Shown here one piece after another: positions 1 through 15,025 of a DNA stretch of 64,000 nucleotides. How positions within the stretch are numbered: the first letter of the stretch is position 1; every line of letters begins with the position of its first letter. Both the position numbers and the translations under genes were made by a program. Source of the DNA: the human T2T-CHM13v2.0 reference genome, Homo sapiens; the NCBI RefSeq assembly GCF_009914755.1, contig NC_060937.1; one strand, written 5' to 3'. Below the pieces are notes generated by a model. That model made no database searches and had not been told where the DNA came from. It worked only from the letters and a program-made list of their open reading frames with translations.

Positions 1-519
1 GGGGAGGGGAGCCAGCAGAGGAAGTAGATGGATGCAGTGAGAGACAAGACAAAGAGCATACAGCCCAAGCCACCATCTGCCTGGCAGGGTGGCACGAGAC
101 AGAGTTTGGGACCCTGGTGTAGCCACTGTGGTTAAGCAGACAGTGTCTGCAGCAGGCTGTCGAATTTGAAATTTGAGAAAGGCAGGCTTCACAGAGTGTC
201 AAACACTTGGGTTCAAGGTAAACTTGAACTGTTGAAGAACTCTTGCTCTGTTTTGTTAACTTTCAGGACCATTGGATTTTTCTGCTTTTGGCTGCACTTG
301 AATGGTATTTCAGAAACATTGTGGGTTATATGGGTTATATACATTTTCTTGGACTCGCCTGGGAGCCTTTCCTCTCTTGCCTCAAACCACAAACATCTGA
401 TATTATTTCTATGGGAAATGTGTTTGAGTTTCAAAGAAAATCTTACAAACAAGCTTTTAATGTAGAAGCTATTTGTAAGCCAGGCTGTAACTATATACTG
501 AAACTTCTATGCATTTGCT

Positions 520-1350
520 TATTACATATATATTGAGGGACCTACTATGTACCAGGTATCATGCTAGGTGCTGAGGATAACCAAGGGGTTCACAGTCCTT
601 TGAAGAAGCACATAGATGGGGAACTGAGCAGGTCCACATTATGACTCTCATGGGCCCTCGACACTTTTCCCTTCATGGGCCCCTTCCTCCTTAAAAAAAA
701 AAAATTAAAAATTTTATTTTACAATTGTGTTGGTATAAATACAATCCAGGTTGGATTATATTCTCTCTTGGTATGTGACTGGTTTTAAAAGAAATTAAAA
801 CATTTTCATGGGACCTTGAAAGTATCCTAGACCCTCAGTAGGCATTGGGCCTACTGAGCCTAATGGATAGGTTGGCCCTGGAGAGGAGGAGGGCAAGATG
901 AGGACTTGCAGGAGTGACACCTGAGGTGACAGTTAAAGGACAAGCAGGAATTAACCAGAGAGGCCAGAGGGGAAAGGCCATTTTAGGAAGAGAGAACAGC
1001 ATGGGCAAAAAAAAAAAAAGTATGAAAGGCAAGATGAGATACCCTGCGAGGGATCCTAAATGGTAAAAATGAGATTGGAAAAGATAGGCAGAAGCCAAAA
1101 TATGAAGAATCTTGTGTGCTATTCTAAGAACAGTAGGAAATTAACAGGGACAGCTGAGGAGTGACAAATCGAAATGAGGCTTGTAGAAAAATTACACTGG
1201 AATAATTGGAAACAGAATATGAGACTACTTGAGAGATGATGGCAAGGATCTATGGAGAAATAGTGACAACCCTAAGACAATAAAAATGAAAATAACAAGT
1301 ATTCCAAAGGATGCAGGTTGATTCATTGGGTAGGAGGAATGAGGAAGAAG
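520..1350 (+). mobile_element. L2 fragments flanking the ORSL-like element
   Basis: tattgag...ctactatgtaccagg...ctaggtgctgagg (L2 3'-end motif) and purine-rich L2-like sequence. Confidence 0.55.
629..880 (-). mobile_element. hAT-Tip100 MITE (ORSL-like)
   Basis: Terminal inverted cagg(t/g)cc ends with internal gggccc repeats; resembles the ORSL consensus from memory. Confidence 0.6.
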
Positions 1351-1874
1351 TCTGGGTTCCTATTTGTTCCCTTCTTAGCCCTCAAACACACACCACCTCA
1401 AAGCAGCCGGCCATCTCAGATATGGGAAACTGCTGGTCTGACTTTTTGGCCTCATCTCCAAGCCCTCCTATTCTGACAACATCCTAAACTGAGTTCTCAA
1501 CCTATAAGGCTTATCAGTGTCTTGGTCACAGTTTCATATGTGACCCTTGACTACACCAGTGCCGTGAATATGGGGCACTCCTGCTACCCATTCTGGCCCC
1601 TTGGACCCATGCCAGCTAAGGCAGTCCCACCTGGCCCCCACACGGATGCAGAGCAGATTTTTCTGCCTTGCTTGAACTGGTGCATGGTAGAGGCATTGGC
1701 TGTGCTAGGAAAAAGATGATGAGAAGCCATTGTGGGGAAGATGATTACTTCCAGTCCAAATATGCTGAATTTGAGGTTCCAAAGGGACAACCTAGTAGAC
1801 ATTAACTAAGGCAATCACAAATGTGGTCCTAGAATTTAGGAGAATGTGCTGGAATGGAGAAGAAGATTTAGGTG

Positions 1875-2418
1875 TGTGCAGAAAAGAATTTACATGGTAG
1901 GCCTCAGGCTGGCCCTAGAAAGGCTTGTTTGCAAGGTTGGCTCTTAGCTGGCAGCCTGGAACTGGACTGGGGGAATACTCTATTCCCTGAGAAGGGTGGA
2001 CCACTGTGCCTAAACTGTTTGTGCAAACAATATAGTTTACGCTGAACACTTGCTTTCCTCCTGGGAGTCTGGAATTTTGGTATGTGCTAGGCAGAGGGTG
2101 CCTGTATGACCAGCCCCCAGTAAAATTTTGGGCACTGAGTCTGTCACGAGCTTTTCTGGTAGACAACACTTCTCTCATGTAGCCACAGTTTGATGCTGGA
2201 GGAATTAAGTGTGTCTTGTGTAACTGCTGGAACAGGACTCTTGGAAGCTTACCTGGATTTCTCTAGACTTTGTCCCATGCACCTTTCTCCTCTGCTGACT
2301 GTGCTAATATCTTTTCCCTGTAATAAATCTTAGCTGTGAACATAACTCTATGCAGATTCCTATGAGATCTTTTAGTGAATCACTAAATTTGGATGTGGTC
2401 TTGGAGACCCCCAACACA
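1875..2418 (+). mobile_element. Solo LTR, MER68 family (ERVL)
   Basis: TG...CA termini (tgtgcagaaaag ... gacccccaacaca), AATAAA at ~2322, strong resemblance to MER68. Confidence 0.8.
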
Positions 2419-5254
2419 GAGATTTATCAGGAACACCTAGTCATTCAGTGCTGGGAATAAAACCTAAGTGGACCCCTCCCAAGTTACATGGTTGCAATGG
2501 ACTGGTCACATAATCTGATCCCAATTGGTTGGAGTAAAGAAGGTCATGCTGCTCGATCCTACAGACAAAAATGAAGATGCCTTCTATCGTACAATGCACT
2601 GGTCTGAAATGCAATGAAAGGACAAGGGTGACATTCAAGGGAAGATTAAAGAAAGACTCCTAACTATTCCAGAGGCAAACTCTATGTGGCTAAGAGTTAG
2701 AGTCATAGAAAGATCCTCTTGACAAAATGCTAAAAAAGAACAAACCAACAAAAGACCTAAAGGTTGTGAGGACCATGGCTATTCCTTTAGCAAATTGAGA
2801 ACAAGACAAGATTTCTGGCATTGGATACAAGATCCTAAATACAATTGTTAAGAAACTAGTTACAGTTTTAAGGAAAGTGTATTGTCAAAAAGTCCCTAGC
2901 CTGCTGTATAGAGACCTGTGACTGTCCGGCATTATGGTAGACCCTGAACCAAGCCCCAACATTGAAATGCCAAGATCAAAGCCATTCACCAGCATCTCCT
3001 CAAACACCTGCCTGCCATCACCACCACAAGCACCAGTAGGAAATCCTCCCTTGGTGCCTTTTCTGAAGGTGGTTCCAACAATTTATTCTACATCCAGAGA
3101 AGTGAGGCAACAAAGAGAATGCTCATGAGACCCATTGTTTCTATCATTCATCCTGCTAAGCTTGCTCAGCGAGATATGCTATTATATAATCTGTACCAGT
3201 AATCAATGTATGGCACTTCTTTCCCTGTTTTTGTTTGATTTTTATTCCATTTCACTGTATCGGGTAGGCAGGAGAAGCTACTTTTATCATTTATCCCATA
3301 ATCTGCAGAATGGTGAGAAGTCACAAACCTCATCAGATCCAAGCTAATGGAGGAATTGACACTACCTAGAAAACCTGAACTCAGAGGGGCTAAATTGTGT
3401 CACTTCACAGTACAGAAGCTGCATGTGATTTTGGATTGTTACCCACTGGGGAGAAGGTGAGCACATTTGGAATTGCACAGCACATTTGGAATTGCACAGA
3501 AGGTGGCTGGATTAGGATTAAGTAGGAGCATTTTTACAATTAAATGTGTGAGAAGATGTGAGATATATATATATATATACTGGGCAGCCAAGAAGTTACT
3601 CCATCTTCAAATGAGACATTAACACAATAGAGGAAAAATATGTCTGAAAGTCATTATTTTCCAGAAGAAATGTGAAGTTATTTTTAAAAAGGAATAAAAA
3701 ATATATAGGGGCCAACTCAGAGTCTTCAGAGATTTAATACTCAAACAAAACTTGCTGAAATGATGGATCTCCAATGATCAAAAGGGCAAATATATTCAGG
3801 GACTAACACACTCATACTCACTGAAAATAACTCGCAATCTGTCTCTAGAGACTAAAGAAAAAATCACCACTGACAGCCATCATCATCTTTTGAAACGTGG
3901 GATGATGTTCTCAACGATAGATGAATCTGGCTTCCTGGGAAATCATCTCCTAATACAGATACGCCAGCTCTCTGATTTCCAGTGTTGCACAGGACTGAAT
4001 GAGAGACCCCAAGTGAGCCACCTACTACTGCAAAGTGAATTAACACCCTGGCTTTCATGTAAAGTGCTGTTTCTAGTTTCTCCTCCCCTGGCCACAGATT
4101 ATTCCAATGGAGAGATGCAGGAAGATTAAAAGTTTATTAGATGTTCTTGTCTGGGAGTAATATACATGAAAATGCCTCAGACTGAGCTTGTCAACTCTGG
4201 CCCTTAATGCAGCATCTTCAGATGCCTCATTCATCTCTTTCCTGGATTCATCTTTATAATACAGATTCTGTTATATCTTTTAGGGGCAACTCTTCTCCTC
4301 CATTCATGAGACAGAAGGATGTATTTGCCTATGGAAATTAGGGTAATCAGACATATGATAGAACAAAGTTGTAAAATTAGAAAAATATCTTTAGGAGGAA
4401 TTAAATTAGACTGAAAACTTCCCAAGGCATTTCCACTTCTCCAGAATGCAGCATAGCAGGAAAAGCAGGAGCTTTGGAGGCAAATAGCCACGTGATTGAC
4501 TCCCTAAACTCTGCCAATTACTAAGTTAGGTAGCAAAAATACTTCAAGGAGAGCTTCAGAGGTTTAAATTATGAATTCACGTTAAATATTGAAAGGAAAA
4601 TAACCTCGTAAGAGTGATAATTAAGTAAGGGTCATAATGCTGGCTGAAACTAAAAAAATCTAGGAAAAGAGAAAACAGGGTAAAAGGCTGTAACTATGTG
4701 AGAGGGCAGCTGGAAGCTGGCAATCTAGAAATAGAAGTTTGCCAGACAGCCACACTATAAAGAACAAGCTCTACGGACCTGACATGGAACATAATATTCA
4801 AATGAAGAATTTCTAACTATTTGTTCTTCTCTATATTGGAACCACAAAGGGTATAATCATTGCTAAATAGAAGCTATAAATAGATTAATGGGCCTTTGTA
4901 TTTGTCATCAGCCTTGTTTATTGGGAAATGAATGAAAATATTAAAGAATATCCTTTTTTATTCCCAACTGGGTTATCAATTTATGAAATTCATTAAGCTG
5001 TACTGCTGCCTTCAGGGAATTTTCCATACAAAACACAATCTACTTCTGTTTCAAATGCCTATATGGGATTTCTTTCCATGCTAGTAACATTATCATGTCT
5101 TGCAAAGGACTAAGTCAAAGAATCAATATGCCTTTATTTTTTCTGTATCCTTACTTTTTTCATTCCCCTCTTCCTTTGTCCTCCTAATTTTCCTATTGCA
5201 TCAGGCCCAGGGAGGTAGAACTTCCTGAGGAATATCCCATATAAGAAATAAACG

Positions 5255-5627
<373 letters not shown>

Positions 5628-6544
5628 TTAAGCTATGTTCAAGATGTTTAAATTGGCATACCTTGTAACTAATTTGTGCTACCTCTCCCTCCTCCACCTA
5701 GGTGATTCTCTCTTCCACCTCTTCATACTGAACTAGAGACCAAACAACGTCTTTTTTTAAAAACCAACATTTTTACACCCTTCTCTTTCCTTTCAGTTTC
5801 ATTGCCACCATTCTAGGGTAGATAAGTGATGACAACTGGTAATAAAAATAATGATGTCTTTTATCACAATAGTTCTCTTATTGGTTTCTTTGCTTCCCAT
5901 CTCTCTCCATTCCATTGTGTTCTATATGCTGTAGTAGACCCATCCTCCTGGGCCATGAAAAATGATCCTACCCTATGCCACTAAAATCAAGAGACATCTA
6001 ACATCTCTATAAGGTAAGATAAAAAGTCCTTAGTTTGCTATGAAAAGCCTTCAAATCTGATTGAAATCAACCTTCCCAGTCTTAGATCCTCAAACTGACC
6101 TACATAAATAATTTACTCCAAACAAAGTCACAACTTTTATGAAAACCTTTTACTCCATGTAAATGCACTCCTTAACATTCCTGGGCATGCATCTAACCTA
6201 ATGAATTGAACATAGTCACCAGTCAGAAAGGAAAATTAAATGTGGAGATATTTCTAAATCTCACAGAATCTGGCCTAAGTACTGTTCTTGTGATTTTGCC
6301 CAAACAGTATCACCACAAGAAAATCCTGTCATATATTAATAAGCAAATATGAAAGTAAGAATAATAATTCACTTTATCAATTGATTTTCAGTTTCTAAGA
6401 GCAAATATGTCTTTTCCATGAAGCCAGGGACTTTTGTCTGTCGTCTGGGAAATACTCTATCCCATAACACTGCCTGGCATCTAGTATGAAATATTAGTGG
6501 AGGGTGAATAAACCACAGTGGAACAACAGAAAAACATAGTTCAC

Positions 6545-7601
6545 ATACAGTCTTTGTTTTAATGTTTATTGGTAGAAACAGATCTTCAATGCATACTTTG
6601 TGTTTATATAAACTCTACATTCTCTTAAAGGTTTTCGTTTTGTTTTCACTGGAGATTTTTAGCCTCCAAGTGAACTTAACATATTGCCTATGCATCTGAT
6701 TCTTTATAGACTTTTAGATTTTAAAACTAAATTTGAGAAACCATGCATACTGTATACCTTATTTAATAATCCAAAGAATTGTTTGCACTTTCAAAAAAGT
6801 TACAAAAAGGCTGAACACAAGTTAAATAACCTATATGATGTAAATTTTCCATTTCTGAATACTTTTTCAGTATTATATATTGCTTGCTGTCTAATAAGTT
6901 AGATTGTCAGAGACGCTTCAGTAAATTATCTCTACTTTAAAATTATATCTGAATCCCCTTTCTCTGAGATGAACTTGCCAATATTAAACATTGTGCCATA
7001 TGCAGTATTAGCCCAAAAGCTTAAATAAGAACCAAACTTGTAGACTGAATATTTTAACCTTAAAATTATATACCTATATATACACCTATGGTATGCTGCA
7101 TATTAAATTTAACATTTCAAGTAACATATATATAGCAAACATTCAGCCAAATACTCTTTCATGAAAAGATACTGTCCTTAAAATAAAAAGTTAATGAAAA
7201 GCTTATTTAGACACAAATGTCTAGATATAAGTACTAAGCCTATGAAACTTGAAGCTAAAGTCTGCTGTACTATTAAGAAAAAGAAGATTGATTCTTAACC
7301 TACTGAATTGTGCAGATACAAAAGTGCTTAGCATGACAAAATTACCAAAATAAAAACATTTTAGAGGTTATTTGGTTCTAGCAATATTAACTATTCTGTA
7401 TTTCTGGATAATTTAACATTTGTATTTTAAATTTTATATAAATTTCTTTTTAACAAGTTTAAAAAAGCACACGAAAAATAGTTCAAACTATATATAATCT
7501 GTTATTTTTCATCCTGGTTAGCTAATCACAAATAACTCAGCAAAACAATGCTTGAACATTCAGTTCTACTAAAAAACAGTATTTGAGTAGATCCCATCAC
7601 C
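6545..7601 (-). other. RNF6: RNF6 3' UTR (AU-rich) with polyadenylation signals
   Basis: AATAAA on the minus strand at 6570-6565 and ATTAAA at 6563-6558; one Pumilio-type UGUAUAUA at 7084-7077. The cleavage site is approximate. Confidence 0.8.
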
Positions 7602-9370
7602 TTACCCATTGTTTGCTATGTTAGACCCTAAAACAGGCTGCCGACAGATCGGACAAGTGCAATTCTCTGAGAGCCATCGGTCAATACAATGAATGTGAAA
7701 TTCATGCATGCAAGGTAATTGCCTGAGCTTGTTTCCAGTTACATAGTCACTAATACAAACACTACAGATTTTACCTAGTTCACTATCAATACTGTTATGC
7801 TCATAGTGCCTGGTGGAAAGATTGTCAATCTGCTCTTTGGTTAAACCACGTATTCGATCATCATCATCACTTTCATTTAGTAAAAAAAAGTGAGCAAGGC
7901 GAAGAATGGGTAGTGTTCCAGTTTCAACTAAATTGTTTGGATTTCGCAACTGCCTGCCACCCCTACTGTCACTGTTTCGAGTATGAGGCTGGGTGGTCTC
8001 GTTTTCACCATGCATTTCAGTGCTGTCTCCTTGGGCCTGCCTGTCTTGAGAGGAACCTTCCCTGTGCTGGCTCCTGTTGTTATCTGTACCTAAGTTACTC
8101 AGTTCTGAGTGCATGTCTGGTAAATGCTGGCCATTTCTTTGAAGTTCTGACTCAGAATCGGCCTCCATTAGAGAACTCAGTTCTCCAAACCCAGTCATGA
8201 TCTGCCTTAAAATTGACCGAAGAGCCACTGATGATGGCTCAACAAGCTCATTCTCAGAAATCCTACGAAGAGGAACTGTTATGGTACTAACATAGGTTCG
8301 AATACCTGACCGCTCTAAACGAGAAATGGTTCGGCGAAAGCCCCCACTATTGCTTTCAATAGTGACTGTATTTTCTGCTAGCCCTACTCTGGATCGAGTT
8401 CTATTTGCAATACTATCCCGATCTCTATTTTCTCCAGGACGGATCCTTCTCACTTGAAGGTCCAGTGTGATTGTTGGATGTCGTCGTACAGCAGTTGAGG
8501 ATCTGCTGGATTCTTCTCCTTCTTCTACTGTTATTCTTGACACAAGCCTTGAATTAGAGAATGGGGTATATGCAGTACCTCTGCGTTCTCGTTCTCTATC
8601 TTGCTCTAAAAAGACTCGAGTTCTACCTCTCCTCCTAACAGATCTTCTAGTGGTTTGCTGTACTGGTCTACTTTCCCTTTGGGAATTATGATAAACAGTG
8701 CCACTCTGTCTCTGAATTGGTGAACGGCTTCGACTATTGGAAGTAGATCGTAATCTTATTGGCTCTAATCTTTGGTTTGTATTCCTCACTGTAACATTAC
8801 TTCTAGCCCCATTTTCCCAAACATGTGCTGCTCCAAACCGTTGCCCCTCCCTTTGCCTGAGTTCACTACCACCTGATTGGTTTGTGTGACTACTGAAATT
8901 AGTGCGTGAAGCGTTAGCTCGAGGAATGCCAGCTGCTCCCCCAATTCCATTTCTTAACCTTCCCAATGTTGAGAAAGATCCTTCAGCTGGATTTTGCCCC
9001 CTTGAAGCAAGCCTAGTCCTTGGAATGTTGGAACTACTACCATTGAAATTCACTGAGGTTTGGCTTCTTGTTCGCCTAGCCACAGGACTAGTTGACCTTT
9101 GTTGCCTATTTGCAGTATGATCTCTGTTACTATCTGAAAGTGGAATGTCTGTATAATCTTCTCCATGAATTTCAAATCCTCTATTTTCATGATTTACGTG
9201 GATTTCCAAACTAAACCGAAACTCTCCATTGTTCGGGTTTGTTCGACTCACAGCTCTCCAAGTTTGGTTCCCATTTTGTCCACTTCGAGTTGCATTTCCT
9301 GTGCGCCGAAAGGTGTTCAACCATTCTAGAAGAGAATCTTCATGTGAACTTTCTCTAGGGACTTCTGAGT
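7602..9370 (-). CDS. RNF6: RNF6 last coding exon, including the C-terminal RING-H2 domain
   Basis: ORF 7602..9386 matches RNF6 (DSEVPRESSHEDSLLEWLNTF...CSVCISDYVTGNKLRQLPCMHEFHIHCIDRWLSENCTCPICRQ). Acceptor ttctag|ac at 9371/9370; TAA stop at 7604-7602. Confidence 0.98.
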
Positions 9371-10450
9371 CTAGAAAGCAAAGCAAATCAACTTAAGATC
9401 AATTCCTAAGACACACCTTACAGCTTTATTGAAAACTTGTAAGAAAAACAAAGTTTGTAATAAATTAAAGAACATCTGTGGATTTTAATGAATGAAAGAT
9501 GGCAAAAAGACAACTTTCTAAAAGAAAAGTATATCTACTATAAGCATATTATAAAAATTAAATTACTATTTACATAGTTACAAAGCTTTAAATACTATTT
9601 ATGCAACGCTATGGAGAAATCCTCATTCTTACTTTCTATCTGCCCATTACTAGCAAAATACTAAGGCAAATGAGAAACATGTCCACTACCAAAAGTTTAC
9701 ATTTAAATTGCTTTATCAATATAGTAATATCAATAAAATACAAAGACAAACTTTATGTAAAATTTGTCCTGTATTTGTGGAATCTTTCTGGAAAAGCCAA
9801 CTCAGTCATTTTTGAAACTAGGTATTTCTGTAATCTTAGAAATTTTTCCTATTTCTCAGGTGCTGCCAAAAATGTACACATCAAGAAATGTGAGTTTCTG
9901 AATATAACATTAAAACCACATTACTGTATTTGTCTTTGTGTGAAGCTGAGAAACCAGGCAAGTTACTTAAGGTCTCTATGGCTGATCCTTGTCTATAAAC
10001 TGGAGTTAATAATAGAATCAATCTCATAGGGTTATCCTGAGGATAAAATAAGACGCTATATATAACATAATTAGCATAATATCTGGCACATAAAAAGCCA
10101 CCCCATAAATGTTAGCTGTTATACATAATAAAATACATTTTCTATTCATTTAGAACGTAAGCTCCAGGAAAACAAAGATTTTTGTAGTTTTAGTCACTGT
10201 TACATCTCCAGCCTCTACAGCAGTATCTAGTATAAATCAGACTTTCAATTAATATTGCTCAATTAATCAATTTAGAAATGTGTCACCCATAAACTTTTTT
10301 GACTAAGATACTGCCACTGTGCCAAGCTTAAATTTTCCATTTATAACCAGTAGATATTATATAAAGTACAAAACTTAATAAAAAGCATCAACACATTAAC
10401 TACACAAACTTCAACTTTAAAGTTTGTTCTACTCAAAAATAGCTATTATA

Positions 10451-10762
<312 letters not shown>

Positions 10763-11384
10763 CTATTATATGACATCATTCTGATTTCATTTCATTCCTG
10801 CAATCTCTCTCGTAAGACTTTTTTAAATGCTGAAGTTGAAGCTATTAATCAGCTGTTGATGCCAATAAAATAAACAGCAACTGAGCCATATTCCAGAGAT
10901 GATGAGCTATTTTATATTTGATGAGTACATTTTCCACTGAAACATATTCAAAAGATCAGTATTAATTATTGCATCTATATAGTACAACTTACATATCTAA
11001 ACACAAATAATAAAATGTGTTAATGTCCACTTCCCATTTGTTTGGAAAAAGAATGAGTAAAAGGCAGGTGAACATGAATTATTTTAAATGCTACTTCCTT
11101 CTTTGATTAACATTTGATTAAGTGTAGTGATGATGGTGCATGTGAAAGAGTTTGCCAAGTACCTACTCAAAGCTACCCTACTCTTCTTCCATTGTAAAAG
11201 CATCGGAAATTGGCTCGTGGACAGCCTGGCAGTTAGGTGTGACCATGAGACTAAGTTCTCATGAATGGAATGGGAGAGTAAGCGATACATCCTACTCTCA
11301 CGCTAGTGCGTGGACCTCCTTCCTACCAGCTAGAACCTAGATATGGTTGCGACTTACCTTGATCATACAAATGGTACCCTGGAG

Positions 11385-11590
11385 CAGTGATGCCCCATAA
11401 ATCTTTCTGAAGTAATGAGTATGTTCTGTATTTGTGCTGTCCAATACAGAAGCCACTAGCCAAATGTGACTATTAAGCACCTGAATGTGGCTAGTATGAA
11501 TGAGCTAAATTTTAAATTTAATTTGATTTTAATTAATTTCCATTTAAATAGTCACATGTGGCTAGCAGCTACTGTACTGAACAGCACAGT
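11385..11590 (+). mobile_element. MER3 (hAT-Charlie MITE) inserted in a degraded MLT-like LTR (~11120-11730)
   Basis: ctgtccaata...agccactagc...tgtggctag...gtcacatgtggctag...acagcacag. Confidence 0.8.
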
Positions 11591-12288
11591 TGTAGAATCA
11601 TTCTGTTAGCTGAGTGGGTTCCAAGAGGATTTCCTTCCCTGGACTGTTAACGTAAGTAAGAAACTTCTAGCTTATTGAGCCATTGCATTTTGGGGTTTTT
11701 ACATAGACTTCATGGTAACTAATACAATGATTTTGATATAATATGTGAAACTACTAATAAATACCTCTGAGGAGGGAAGTAGAACTGGTTAAGAGGAACA
11801 CAAAAGTGGCTTTTCCTTTTAACTCTACATACTTCATTTAGTTTGAAGTTCTTTTACAGTACTTTCCTTATAAGAACTTTTTATATGTAAACCATCAAAC
11901 AGAACAAAGAAACAAAAACAGGTTTCCTAACTCAGTCTTTCTACACGGTTCTGTATATAAATTTTTAGAAGCTAAGTAATATCACTTTAGAAAAAGTAAT
12001 GTGTACATTCCAAGATTAAAAAGAAGCATGCTGGGAATTAACTTAATTGTATATTATTACATAAAGCTCTCTGAAGGCAATCTGTGTGTTTAAGACATCT
12101 TTGCATTCATTCCTCTGTCCTATACTGCTTAACCATACTGCTTTACTACTCATATATATATTATCTGAATGAGTATCACATTAAAACTGGAAAAAATTGA
12201 AGACAAACATACTATACAAGGTCTAAGAATTTCATTTCTGCAAGTGCTCCAATCAAGCCTGTTCCTTATGGAAAGGACTCCATAGTAC

Positions 12289-12384
12289 CTCTGTAATTCG
12301 TTCCATCTCTCAAGTCAGGCTGAGATGCTAGTTGTTCCTTGACGCCATCTAACCGCTGTTGCAGTTCTTCTGATGTTATTTCTC
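12289..12384 (-). CDS. RNF6: RNF6 internal coding exon (96 nt, GEITSEELQQRLDGVKEQLASQPDLRDGTNYRD)
   Basis: Acceptor ttttag|ga and donor ag|gtact. Phase 1/1 joins the flanking exons in frame. Confidence 0.96.
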
Positions 12385-13234
12385 CTAAAACAATGAAAAA
12401 CTGCTCATTTAAGAATTCTGAATTAAGTTTTATGAGACCTCATGAAGGGTAAGACTAATCTTTAGTAACCTATAGAAGACAAATGTCTTATTACTTTCAT
12501 ATGTTCTGTAAATTGAAGACAGTTAAAAATATTCAACTGGTACAAATGTGCATCAATTCGGTTGTGCTTCATTTATTAATCTTTTATTAAAAATTATTAA
12601 AATAAGATTTAATTTGAATAGTTGGTAAAGTGCTGCCAGTTGATACACTTAGGAATCTATAAGCTATAACTGTGGATTTTTGTCAGTTAAAAAGAAATTA
12701 AGGGAGCATTTATAGAGAAAACTTCAAATATTTACTTGAATTTTATCCCAAATACTTCATTATATGGGTCATCAATATACAAACACACAATATATAAACA
12801 TACAAATTTCCATTAGTTCATTTGTAAAAACTTTATGGAACACATTGGGCTTTGGGGGGAGCTATTAATTCAGCTGAATAAATAAATTATAATACCCCAA
12901 ATGAGTTCAAATTGGGTTTTAAGTCATATTTTATTTGTATAAAAATTACAAATAGGACCATATATGTAAATACTTAACACCATTATGTACATTAACCTGT
13001 TTCTTAGTTTGGCATTTGTATAATAGTGCTCCATGTCCCCTATTTTCACCTTATAAAATACAGAAGCCAGTGATTTTCTACTTTATTATACTAAAAAGTT
13101 CTTAAACTCACAAAAACAATATACTATATTTTCATAAAGAGAAGCAAGGAAAAAGAATACCAATTCTCCTTATCTTGAAATCCTTCCATCTAAATGATGA
13201 AAAAAGGGTGTTTCCTCTTTTACCCATCTCTTAC

Positions 13235-13427
13235 CAGGGGTGCCTAAAAGATTATGGTCTCTCATAAGCCGATAATCTTCATCATTGAGTTCATTAATAA
13301 ACTGATAATAGGCCTCTTCTCTGTGGAGACGCTCTTGCTGCCATCTTCTCTCATTTTCATGATGATTATGGTCTTGAGGTAAGGTTTCTTCACTGCCACC
13401 ATCTGATCTCGATCTAGACTGATTCAT
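13235..13427 (-). CDS. RNF6: RNF6 first coding exon ([18 protein letters not shown]...LLGTP); exon acceptor at 13445
   Basis: ATG at 13427-13425, donor ctg|gtaag at 13235/13234, acceptor aacag|aaag at 13446/13445. The spliced CDS is 2058 nt = 685 aa + stop. Confidence 0.97.
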
Positions 13428-15025
13428 CCTGAGATTCCTGGCTTTCTGTTCAAACAATATAAACAACATTCAAGGTGTTAAGTCATGGACCACATTTGGC
13501 TTTGTATTTTTAACTTGCAGTTTTTCTTAATTTTTAAATGTTGTCCCCTACCCAAATACTGTATTTGCCAAATCTTGCAGTGAGAAGCTTACATATAAAA
13601 TGAAAAACAGCTTCTAGGAAATACAACACAATTGGCACTTACTTCTTTGCCTAAAGCCATTAAGTCAGACTGGATTTGGGTTTACCACACAATGCTCATG
13701 CCTGAATACCATAGTGATTATCTCATTTTTGACCATGTTGACGATCTGGAAAAGTTGATCCAGAAGTCCTCATTTATGTTTCAGGATCTGGGTACTTCAC
13801 ATTAATTACAAATTTTAGGCTTGAATTATGCACATTCTTCACTTAATGAGCAAAGGGATACTGGGATGATATAATTTACATTTGTTTTCAGCAAGGTATT
13901 CTTTCCAAAATAAGGCTCATGAATGTAATATTATCCCCCACTGCACTTTGATGAGGTGAAAATCATTTAGCCTAATTAATATCTACTGAACAAACTGGAA
14001 GGTGGTCTCTTATTAAAGCTTACCAGGAAGACTTTGAAACCCAACAGGAAACAAGACATCATGTATGGCTCAAGGATTGTGAAAGTGCATCAGAGCACTT
14101 TGTATCACCCCATATCAAGCCTCATCCTTAAGCCTGGAATGGTTAGTCCCAGGAGTTTCAGAATGCCAGTGAAACTTCCTGACTTTGCCTAAGAAACCAC
14201 TATTTTTGGATTATATTTAAGTGTCACTCCTGAGAAGCTCACTTTTAAATTACATGGAAATCAAGAGAGAAAGATGTTTGTTTCACAAATATTTTAGAAT
14301 TTCTTAAATACATCTATTCAGTAAGTCACACTAAAGCAATGGTTCTCAAACTCACTTAAGGGTATTTTTAAAAATCTAGATGCCCAAATCTCATCCCCAA
14401 TCCTTGATTAGAGTTTTCCAGGGTAGGACCAGGTCTGCTGTTAAGAGCTAATTTGGGTGTTCTGCAGATGAAATAAACTATTCCTCGACAATTTCTGGCA
14501 TGTCACTAAAGGGTATGAGTAATACAGCACCTGACTCAGTAGAGGCTGGAGGCTCAAATGGCTAGGCTACCAGTGAAGCAACTGTGCAACTCTGCCTCTC
14601 GAAATACACTAGGTATTTAATAAGCAAGCTGCTTTAAATATAAGGTGAAATTAGCCTACAAGTCTAAAATACTGTTGGAGTAAGCAACTATTCAATTTCA
14701 CCTGTAACACTAAATTACAAATTCAAGGATTTTTTTCACTGTGGTTATTTTATTATGTCATTTTGAACAAATGACCTAGTAACATTATCCACTCAAATAT
14801 GAATTAACACTACTAAAAACTCAAGATCTCTATCTTCAGATTAAGACCATAATTAGCAAAGAGCATATTTCGTAGGTACAGCAATAATAGGATTTTTGTA
14901 ATAAATAATTTTACAAGTTGAAGCCTATCATAAAATCAAGTTACCCTAATATTATTTAAAACTTGAGCTTCTCCTTAAAGGTAATTTTCTTATACAGTTA
15001 ATCACAATGAAAACAAAGCGAATAC

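Noticed and set aside
9371-9386. MLCFL N-terminus of the 594-aa ORF
   Set aside because: Intronic sequence upstream of the splice acceptor; the true protein is spliced from upstream exons.
9601-10029. 142-aa plus-strand ORF in an RNF6 intron
   Set aside because: AT-rich, antisense, ends in MIR-like sequence and shows no recognisable homology.
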